Origin: an uncultured SAR86 cluster bacterium
Lineage (GTDB): Bacteria; Pseudomonadota; Gammaproteobacteria; Magnimaribacterales; AG-339-G14
Assembly (NCBI GenBank): GCA_902523885.1
Contig: CABZAV010000003.1
Location: forward strand, 11,527 to 75,526
Direction of reading: 5' to 3'
Length of the DNA stretch: 64,000 nt
Numbering within the stretch: the first letter of the stretch is position 1; every line of letters starts with the position of its first letter. Positions 55,089 to 62,201 of the stretch are shown here, one piece after another. The position numbers and the translations under genes were made by a program. The notes beneath the pieces are model-generated. The model searched no databases. It was not told the DNA's origin and worked only from the letters and a program-made list of their open reading frames with translations.

Positions 55089-56090
55089 ATGAGTAATCCA
55101 ACTTTAAGACAAATTTCCATGTTGGAATTAATTCCACGGGCTCCTCTTAAAACTTATTCGAGAGAGCTTAAAGAAAAGCTCAGCGAACGCGGCTACGAAG
55201 TTGATGAAAGGACTATTCAGCGGGATCTCGTTTCTTTAGAGAGAGTTTTGCCATTGATTTGTGACGATCGAGATAAACCTTATGGTTGGTCCTGGGCTGA
55301 GACAGGTTTAGGAATTCAAGCGCCTGCCATGGATCCTGTTGAAGCTTTGACGTTGTCACTAGCAGAACAATACCTTGAACCTATAATGCCGAATGCAAGT
55401 TTTAAAAGGATCGGATATTTTTTTAAACGAGCTAATAGCGTCTTGAAGGAAACGAGTCCCAGATTAATTAGTCGTTGGCGCGATCGCGTAAGGGTATTGC
55501 CCGAGATGTTACGTTTTAAGAATCCAATTCTTAATAAATCTGCCGAACAAGCTTTATACAAAGCAACCTTTGAAGGGCTACAAATTAAAGCCCTTTATCG
55601 AAAGCGTGGAGATAATTATTCAAGCTTGAGGCACATTCATCCTCTGGGATTGGTCATGAAAGGCAGCATTAATTACTTAATTTGCATGATGAATGAAGAC
55701 AAAGAGAATCCTCGTTACTTGCCCCTTCACCGCTTTGAACGAGTAGAAATTCTTGATGAAAAAATATGCGAACCGAAAGATTTTGATTTAGATGAATTTA
55801 CCCATGTCAATAACTTAAGTTTTGAATATTCTAAGAAACTTTATACTTTCAAAGCTTTGTTTGACTTTACCGCAGCGGCTCATTTAATGGAAACTCCTCT
55901 TAATGGAACCCAAAAAATTAAAAAGCAGCCAGATGGAAGGTTATTGGTTTCTGCCAGAATGACCGATACGTTGCAATTCGAACAATGGCTAAAAGGATTT
56001 GGTTCAGACGTTGAGATTTTAGCTCCAATAGAACTTAGAGCTAAGTTCAAAAAACTAGCAAAAGACCTGATTAAAAAATATGATGACTAA
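55089..56090 (+). CDS. wHTH-WYL-domain transcriptional regulator (YafY/BrxR/CapW/PafBC-like architecture)
   Basis: The N-terminal wHTH reads 'RQISMLELIP...YSRELKEKLSERGYEVDERTIQRDLVSLE'. The central WYL-type segment reads 'IHPLGLVMKGSINYLICMMNEDKENPRYLPLHRFERVEIL'. The C-terminal extension reads 'FEQWLKGFGSDVEILAPIELR'. 333 aa. Confidence 0.8.
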   Translation: MSNPTLRQISMLELIPRAPLKTYSRELKEKLSERGYEVDERTIQRDLVSLERVLPLICDDRDKPYGWSWAETGLGIQAPAMDPVEALTLSLAEQYLEPIMPNASFKRIGYFFKRANSVLKETSPRLISRWRDRVRVLPEMLRFKNPILNKSAEQALYKATFEGLQIKALYRKRGDNYSSLRHIHPLGLVMKGSINYLICMMNEDKENPRYLPLHRFERVEILDEKICEPKDFDLDEFTHVNNLSFEYSKKLYTFKALFDFTAAAHLMETPLNGTQKIKKQPDGRLLVSARMTDTLQFEQWLKGFGSDVEILAPIELRAKFKKLAKDLIKKYDD

Positions 56091-56097
56091 AGAATAG

Positions 56098-56994
56098 ATG
56101 AGTAATTTCTTAGACCTTTTCATTGTTTTATTATTACTAGGAATTTTTGCCTTTCTGATCTTCCTTTTCTTTAAATTTAGGACTTCGGACGAAAGTTCTT
56201 ATCAATCAAATCAAAATTTTGAGGAAAAAATTGATCTGCTTTCGAATGAAATTTCAGAAATAGAAAGCAAGCTGATTTCGGTAACGACTCCGATTAATGA
56301 ACTCAATAGATTTTTAGGTGGCAACGTTTCAGCTGGTCGTTTGGGCGAATGGAATCTTGAGTCTGTTGTAAAAGACATCATGCCTGATGGTAGTTACGAA
56401 TTTCAAAAGATTATAAATCCGGAAACAACTGAACAAGTAGATTGTGCCGTTTATAGTGCCGACGGACTAATCATTCCAATTGACTCAAAACTTTATTCGG
56501 GACAATTTAAAAATTATCAGGCTACTTCAAAAAAAATCGAACAAGAAAAAATATTGAAAGGCCTCAAAACTGCCATTCTTAAAGATGCCGACGACATTGC
56601 CCAGAAATACATTCGACAAAATACAACCTCGAATTATGCCATTCTTTATATTGCTTCAGAAAAAATGAACGATCTGGTTGATATGATCGAAGATCTACGC
56701 CAAGAATGTCTTTCAGAAAAAAATGTTTTGATTCAAGGACCGAATACCATGGCAGCTTTTTTAGATACAGTTAAAATAGGACATCATTACTTAAATTTAA
56801 ATGAAACTGCTAGTAAGGTCGCTGAAGTGGTCAGAAAAATAAACAAACAATTCAAAGCTTTTGATGAAAGCACTGTCAATGTCAAAAAAAGATTGGAAGC
56901 TTCGGTGAAAGAAGTAGACGAATTACAAACTCGAATTAATGTGCTTGGTAGAGAATTGGACAGAGGAGCTGAAGAAATGGGGAGCGAAAAATAA
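56098..56994 (+). CDS. RmuC-family (PD-(D/E)xK fold) protein, short form with N-terminal TM helix
   Basis: It has the TM helix 'LFIVLLLLGIFAFLIFLFF', a short coiled coil and the RmuC-like core 'AGRLGEWNLESVV...YEFQ...VDCAVYSADGLIIPIDSKL...YAILYIASE...VLIQGPNTMAAFL'. This parallels E. coli RmuC 'RGNWGE.QLE..L......PD.....IDAK....F..MF.P.E...........SPTTL'. It starts 7 nt after the regulator stop. Confidence 0.7.
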   Translation: MSNFLDLFIVLLLLGIFAFLIFLFFKFRTSDESSYQSNQNFEEKIDLLSNEISEIESKLISVTTPINELNRFLGGNVSAGRLGEWNLESVVKDIMPDGSYEFQKIINPETTEQVDCAVYSADGLIIPIDSKLYSGQFKNYQATSKKIEQEKILKGLKTAILKDADDIAQKYIRQNTTSNYAILYIASEKMNDLVDMIEDLRQECLSEKNVLIQGPNTMAAFLDTVKIGHHYLNLNETASKVAEVVRKINKQFKAFDESTVNVKKRLEASVKEVDELQTRINVLGRELDRGAEEMGSEK

Positions 56995-57017
56995 TCTATT
57001 TGATTTTAAAAGTAATT

Positions 57018-58394
57018 TTACGTAAAAAAATTATTTTGAAAATTTAGAACTGATTTATCAAGTTTAATATCTTTTTCAGTAATTTTAGTTTTTAAATATA
57101 AATTTTTCATCTTTTTGCATCTACTCAAGGCAACGTATACCTGGCCATGACTAAATGCTCTTTTTCCATCGCCAATATCTATTGCGCAAGAATTCAGTGT
57201 AAGCCCTTGTGATTTATGAATTGTAACTGCCCAACCTAATCTTATCGGCAATTGAGAATATTCTGCTATTTTCTCTGTAGTTATTTCTTTAGTTTTCTCA
57301 TCAAATTTGTACCTTTCAAGTGTCCATGACTCTCTTTCAAGTTCAAATTCATCACCATCGATTGAAATGTTAATTGAATTATCATTTAGTTTCTTAATTT
57401 CAGCTAAAGTTCCATTTACCCACCTTTTTTCGGTATCATTTTTAGTAATCATGACTTGAGTGCCTACCTTAAGCTCAAGTTCTGAAGGAGCAGGCAAAGA
57501 ACTTTCTTTGTTAAATTTTGTGGGATCACCTTCAGTTGAAGCCTTATAAATTTTTGAATCTGACTCAATTAATTCTATTTTATTTTTATTGATTTCATCC
57601 GCAGTTGCGGTTCTAGCACAGAGATACATTTCGACTGATTCTGGTGGATTAGGCTCATAACAATGTTTGTTTAAAATCTCTACGGTCTCTTTAACATTTT
57701 TTCCAACCCTAATATTGGAAAGAATCTTTAAAAAATTTTCGTCCTCATTCTGTCTATATGATCTCTTAAGCTCTATTGCAATTGGCTTAGAATTTGAAAG
57801 CGACTTAGCACCAAAGAAAAAATGAGAACTATACTTTGAATATATTATCTCTCTATTTTCTTCTGTAGTTACTGGTTCGAGTTGGAACAAATCTCCACAC
57901 AGAAGAAGAGAGGCTCCACCAAAAGGCTTTTTTGAATTTTTGTGAATTTTTAAACTTTCTGATATTGCGTCAAGAGTTGGAGCGTTAACCATAGAAATTT
58001 CATCGATTATTAGCAAATCTATATTCTCAATAATGAGCCCATTAATGTTATTCATCTTATGAACTTTTGGTAATGGCGAAAAATCTAATCTAAAAAGGGA
58101 GTGAATTGTTGTGGCATTAATATTCCACGCTGCCATGCCGGTTGGTGCAACAGTAACTATAGACTTGTCAATTTTATTTCTTACTAGATTAATTAAACTA
58201 GACTTTCCAGTACCGGCAGCTCCCATCAAAAGAATAACCTTTTGGTTTTCCTTAGAAATACTTTCAAGTTCAGATAATAGTTTTCTTGACTCTAAGGTTT
58301 CTTCAAAAGAATATTTGGAGGGATTTTTTTTATTTACCTTTTTATTATTTAATTCTTTTGTAAAACTTCCAAAGGTGTTACTCATTTTTTTCAC
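57018..58394 (-). CDS. Pif1-family SF1B DNA helicase
   Basis: The SF1B motifs are I 'LLMGAAGTGKSS', Ia 'VAPTGMAAWNI', II 'LLIIDEISMV', III 'LLLCGDLFQLEPV', IV 'LKRSYRQ', V 'VMITKND...WVNG' and VI 'AVTIHKSQGLT', then 'YVALSR'. Confidence 0.85.
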   Translation of the reverse strand: MKKMSNTFGSFTKELNNKKVNKKNPSKYSFEETLESRKLLSELESISKENQKVILLMGAAGTGKSSLINLVRNKIDKSIVTVAPTGMAAWNINATTIHSLFRLDFSPLPKVHKMNNINGLIIENIDLLIIDEISMVNAPTLDAISESLKIHKNSKKPFGGASLLLCGDLFQLEPVTTEENREIIYSKYSSHFFFGAKSLSNSKPIAIELKRSYRQNEDENFLKILSNIRVGKNVKETVEILNKHCYEPNPPESVEMYLCARTATADEINKNKIELIESDSKIYKASTEGDPTKFNKESSLPAPSELELKVGTQVMITKNDTEKRWVNGTLAEIKKLNDNSINISIDGDEFELERESWTLERYKFDEKTKEITTEKIAEYSQLPIRLGWAVTIHKSQGLTLNSCAIDIGDGKRAFSHGQVYVALSRCKKMKNLYLKTKITEKDIKLDKSVLNFQNNFFT

Positions 58395-58500
58395 TAATCA
58401 TAATTTTATATTGCGATTATTGTTATTCTTTTGCAAGTTTCAATACCTTTTTATTAAAGAGATAAATAGATTTCTCTATTAAAAGTTGTTATAAAAATTT

Positions 58501-61089
58501 ATGGAACTAATTTTTTTTTTACTAATAATAGTAATAGCTATTTTTGTTTTTAAAAATAACAATTCATTTTCTTTACCTCAAGAAAGTTATAAAAAAACAG
58601 AACCTGAATATATAAAAATAGAAAAAAATAATTTAATAAGATACAAAGAATTTTTTGATAATCTTTTTGAGTATTCGCTCACTCAAGATCAAAGGAAATC
58701 AATAGTTTGTGATGCCGATAGATTGCTTTCAGTTGCTTCTGCTGGATCAGGTAAAACTTCAACCCTCGTAGGTAAGTTTGCTTATCTTGTGAAATCAAAA
58801 AAGGCTAAAGAAAGTGAGATTCTTATTCTCTCTTTTAATAGGTCAGTAAAAGAGGAATTAGAAAAAAGATTGAAACAACTTGGACATAATGATGCAAAAA
58901 TAGAAACATTTCACTCTTTGGGCAGAAAGATTTTAAAATCTGCTAACGAGCCATTTCAAATAGATAAAATGGCTCTTGGAGATGGAGATTCGTTTTTAAC
59001 CTCTTTTCAAGTTAGAAGTCTTATATCAAAAGCAGAAATTAAAAGCCCTTCCATTAGATTCAAGATCGCAGAATTTACTGCTCTTACCCAATACCATTTG
59101 ATTGAAAACTTTGCAGAAGATCAAAATGAATATAATGAAGCGATATCAAGTTATCCATATAAAAGAAATAAATTTAAGTTTAATGATGAATTTAGGCCTT
59201 TGAAAATTCCAGCGCTTGATGGAAAAACTTGGGTGAGATCTCAACAAGAATTATTTATAGCAAATTTACTTGTTCTCAATGGAATAAATTTTAAATATGA
59301 AGCGCCTTTAAGTATTGGGGAGAATGATTCTATAAATCCAGATTTTTATTATCCCGATATAGATCTATGGCACGAGCATTATGCGATAGATGAGAGAGGA
59401 AAATCACCTTTTGGTGAAAAATATGAAGAAAATCATAAGTTGAAAGAAGAATTTTATAAAAGGTCGTCTATAGAAGTATTTTCAACAAATTTAAAGGATT
59501 ATTCAAGTGGAGAAATTGAGCATAAAATCTTTTCTGAATTAGAATCAAATGGATTGCAGAAAAATCCTCTATCTTTATTAGATATTGAATTTAAGTTGAG
59601 TGAAATATACACAGATTCCACTTATAGTTTAATTGCAAATTTAATAGGACTTCACAAAGAAAATAATTCATCAATATCCGAAACACTTTCTAAATTAGAC
59701 TCTTTGCATGACCAAACAAGAGCACAAAAGTTTAAAGAGATTTTTTTTCCTTTGCTTGATGCCTACCAAGAAATATTAGCAAGTAATAGAACTATTGATT
59801 TTTCAGACATGATGACAAAAGCTAATAAAATTATAGAGGGTAATAACAAAAATAATTCAGATCAGACTTCTATTCAAAACTTTAAGTATATTTTGGTAGA
59901 TGAATTTCAAGATATTTCAAAATCTAGGGAAAAGTTAATTAAAAGTATTTTATCATGTAATAAAGAGTCAAAATTGTTTGGTGTAGGTGATGATTGGCAA
60001 TCAATTTATAGATTCACTGGATCTGATATTTCTATAATGACCGATTTTAAAAATCGGTTTAATTTTAAAAAAGATAAAGTCGAAGGAGATTCAAATCAAC
60101 CTCTCTTTGAAATAAAAGAAAGGATTGAGGTAAAGAATATATCTGAAACGCATAGATTTCCAGATTCTATCGTAAAACTTTCTTCGGAGTTTATTCAAAA
60201 AAATCCAAATCAGCTTAAAAAAGAAATAAAAACAGATAAGAAAGGAGGAAGAATTTTTCTATGCAAAATAGAAAAATATAAAACTCAGGATTTAAAGAAT
60301 ATCCTTGATCATATTTCATCGGGAAAAAAAGTTTTTTTGCTCGCAAGAAAAAATCAAGACATAGATAATATTGATTTTGAAGAATTGAAACTTTATAGAC
60401 CTGACTTAGATATAAAATTTTCATCCATTCACAGAGTAAAAGGATCTGAGCGAGATGTAATAATAATTTTAGGAATGGACGGCGGTATGTTTGGCTTCCC
60501 TAGAATTTTTTCTGAAGATCCTTTAATTAGCATATATTTGCCTAAAGAAGACGAATTCAGAGATGCTGAGGAGAGGAGAGTTCTATACGTAGCCATGACA
60601 AGAGGCAGGGAAGACATTTTTTTAGTTTCTGCGCCTGGAAAAGATTATGTATTTTATAACGAACCTTCGGTATTTTATGATGAAATCAAAAGAATCTGTG
60701 AACAAGAGTTTCTGCCTGAAAATAATAAAATTTTTAATGAGTTAGATTTTACAGAGAGTATTCCTTGTAAAGTTTGTGCTAATAAAAAAATTAATCAGAA
60801 AATGAGAATAAAAACTGTCCGTAATACTAAAAAAAATATTGAAAGTGGAATTTTTCCTGGGGTTTTTATGGGTTGTTCAGGATTTTCAAAGAATATAAAA
60901 AGTCCGACTTTCTGCAATCATTCAGAAAGGAAAGCAATATGTATAAATTGTTATTCAAAAGATAAAAAAAATTTATCAGAACTTGAGGTAATTGAAGAAG
61001 ACGAAAATGGAAGAAAAAAATATTTTGTTTTTTGTAGTAATTGTAATTTTAAGAAAGATTATTTTTATTATCAGAAAATTTCAGAATAA
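58501..61089 (+). CDS. UvrD/HelD-like SF1A helicase with N-terminal TM helix, inserted Vsr/PD-(D/E)xK-like module and C-terminal zinc ribbons
   Basis: The TM helix is 'MELIFFLLIIVIAIFVF'. The helicase motifs are 'VASAGSGKTST', 'ETFHSLG', 'ILVDEFQDIS', 'GVGDDWQSIYRFTGSD', 'ETHRF', 'SSIHRVKGSERDVIIILG' and 'EERRVLYVAMTRGRE'. The insertion is 'SQQELFIANLLVLNGINFKYEAPL......INPDFYYPDIDLWHEHYAID' (nt 59230-59400). The C-terminus carries 'CKVC...FMGCSGFSKNIKSPTFCNH' and 'CINC...FCSNCNF' (nt 60766-61060). Confidence 0.8.
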   Translation: MELIFFLLIIVIAIFVFKNNNSFSLPQESYKKTEPEYIKIEKNNLIRYKEFFDNLFEYSLTQDQRKSIVCDADRLLSVASAGSGKTSTLVGKFAYLVKSKKAKESEILILSFNRSVKEELEKRLKQLGHNDAKIETFHSLGRKILKSANEPFQIDKMALGDGDSFLTSFQVRSLISKAEIKSPSIRFKIAEFTALTQYHLIENFAEDQNEYNEAISSYPYKRNKFKFNDEFRPLKIPALDGKTWVRSQQELFIANLLVLNGINFKYEAPLSIGENDSINPDFYYPDIDLWHEHYAIDERGKSPFGEKYEENHKLKEEFYKRSSIEVFSTNLKDYSSGEIEHKIFSELESNGLQKNPLSLLDIEFKLSEIYTDSTYSLIANLIGLHKENNSSISETLSKLDSLHDQTRAQKFKEIFFPLLDAYQEILASNRTIDFSDMMTKANKIIEGNNKNNSDQTSIQNFKYILVDEFQDISKSREKLIKSILSCNKESKLFGVGDDWQSIYRFTGSDISIMTDFKNRFNFKKDKVEGDSNQPLFEIKERIEVKNISETHRFPDSIVKLSSEFIQKNPNQLKKEIKTDKKGGRIFLCKIEKYKTQDLKNILDHISSGKKVFLLARKNQDIDNIDFEELKLYRPDLDIKFSSIHRVKGSERDVIIILGMDGGMFGFPRIFSEDPLISIYLPKEDEFRDAEERRVLYVAMTRGREDIFLVSAPGKDYVFYNEPSVFYDEIKRICEQEFLPENNKIFNELDFTESIPCKVCANKKINQKMRIKTVRNTKKNIESGIFPGVFMGCSGFSKNIKSPTFCNHSERKAICINCYSKDKKNLSELEVIEEDENGRKKYFVFCSNCNFKKDYFYYQKISE

Positions 61090-61427
61090 TCAGCAAAAAA
61101 ACTTAAAATGAAATTAGTAAAAGGCAATCCAAGAAATATAAGACTCAAAAAACCTATTAACAATATCAAAATGCTTTGTAACGTATCCGCGTACATCATA
61201 ACGAGAGTCATTATTGCTGAGCTCGCTAGTATTTGAGGAACAATGGAGTTCATTAAAGAAAAATCCATTTGTTCTGGAATATTTATATTATGACTTGTTT
61301 CAGTTAATGTTGGCTTAACACTATTACTGTATAGCTTTTGTAGAGGAAAAGTAGCTGCATAAGCAGTAGATGCGGTTATGAGCTTTAAACCCGTTTTTAA
61401 AAACTTTCTTCTTTCTGCGTCTATCAT
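61071..61427 (-). CDS. Hypothetical small membrane protein with twin-arginine (Tat) signal-like N-terminus
   Basis: 'MIDAERRKFLKTGLKLITASTAYAA' fits S/T-RRxFLK plus an h-region. Hydrophobic segments lie in the C-terminal half. It overlaps the helicase 3' end convergently by 19 nt. Confidence 0.4.
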   Translation of the reverse strand: MIDAERRKFLKTGLKLITASTAYAATFPLQKLYSNSVKPTLTETSHNINIPEQMDFSLMNSIVPQILASSAIMTLVMMYADTLQSILILLIGFLSLIFLGLPFTNFILSFFADYSEIF

Positions 61428-61531
61428 TTTTTAAGCTTTCTAAGGTTATTATCTTTAAGGCCCTTTAGTAAGGAGTATAAAACTAAAAGGCCTTTAGGAG
61501 AAAATATGAAAAACAACTTTAAAATAAAGAT

Positions 61532-61548
61532 GCGACAAATATTGTCGG
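61532..61548. promoter_or_regulatory. Palindromic operator candidate, copy 2 (GCGACAAataTTGTCGG)
   Basis: It has 6-bp perfect arms CGACAA/TTGTCG with a 3-nt centre. It lies in the gap between the 61554 gene stop and the 61427 gene start, and shares 'gatgcgacaaat' with copy 1. Confidence 0.45.
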
Positions 61549-61553
61549 ATTAA

Positions 61554-61757
61554 TTATTCAAATTTAGCCTCATAGAGTTTTGAATAGCCCATATAACTTC
61601 GTCTTTGTCTTCCAGTGAGGCGTCCATATTCGTCGAAAAAGTAGACCATTGCACCAGTAGGGCCTGTCATTTGAATGTGGAGCTCCCACGTACCATTTTC
61701 AAATTTTATAATGCTCTTGCTGTGATCGATGTCAATTTTTTCTAATAATTCTTTCAT
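61554..61757 (-). CDS. Hypothetical protein (67 aa from MKELLEK...)
   Basis: The track ORF is 61554-61769. The ATG at 61757-61755 forms an ATGA overlap with the TGA stop (61756-61754) of the upstream OGFr-like gene, which suggests translational coupling. I recognise no family. Confidence 0.35.
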   Translation of the reverse strand: MKELLEKIDIDHSKSIIKFENGTWELHIQMTGPTGAMVYFFDEYGRLTGRQRRSYMGYSKLYEAKFE

Positions 61758-62197
61758 GCTTCTTCCCAAAATTTCATTGTGGTTGGATTCAAAATAGTCG
61801 GATCTTTGACTAGTCTTAAAATGGCTTTGTAAAACTCATCTGCAGCTTCATCAGAAACTAAAAGTCTCAAAGATTCAATTACCCGAGTAATGCGCAACTG
61901 ATTGTGATCGTACCCCTTTTGCCAAGCATCGTTTCTACTCAAAAAAGATAGAAACCAAGCAGCCGATTTCTCAAGATTATTTATTACTTTTGGATTGTTT
62001 TTAAGTTTGTCTATTAATGCTTGATTGTTCAAAAATAGTTTATTAAAAGTTGCTTGACTTGGTTTGTTCGTAGGAAAAACTAACTGAACAAAATCATGAG
62101 TGCCTTCAATTTCATTATCTGAATATGCCCAGATTTCTTTTAAGAAACGTCCTTTAAAATCTGGACCTTGATTGGTCAAAAACTTTTCAAAATCCAT
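61754..62197 (-). CDS. Opioid-growth-factor-receptor (OGFr) conserved-region-like protein
   Basis: 'EIEGTHDFVQLVFPTNKPSQ' resembles the 'HDYIQWLFPL.E.S' core of bacterial OGFr_N-like proteins; this is from memory and no HMM was run. The start is set at MDFEKF... (62197), 4 nt after the upstream gene stop, because the longer track ORF would overlap that gene. Confidence 0.5.
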   Translation of the reverse strand: MDFEKFLTNQGPDFKGRFLKEIWAYSDNEIEGTHDFVQLVFPTNKPSQATFNKLFLNNQALIDKLKNNPKVINNLEKSAAWFLSFLSRNDAWQKGYDHNQLRITRVIESLRLLVSDEAADEFYKAILRLVKDPTILNPTTMKFWEEA

Positions 62198-62201
62198 GTC
62201 T

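Noticed and set aside
58413-58429. 'gcgattattgttattct' in the Pif1/UvrD-like divergent promoter, considered as a fourth, degenerate copy of the palindrome.
   Set aside because: Only 5 of 7 positions match in the left arm and 3 of 7 in the right arm. In AT-rich DNA this cannot be distinguished from background, so I do not claim the helicase pair belongs to the palindrome regulon.
61506-61553. A 15-codon mini-ORF (MKNNFKIKMRQILSD*) with a good SD sequence (AGGAG at 61496-61500). It spans palindrome copy 2.
   Set aside because: It is too short to evaluate and has no supporting conservation data. The SD-like sequence is part of the right arm and flank of the 61457-61494 inverted repeat. I record it only as a possibility.
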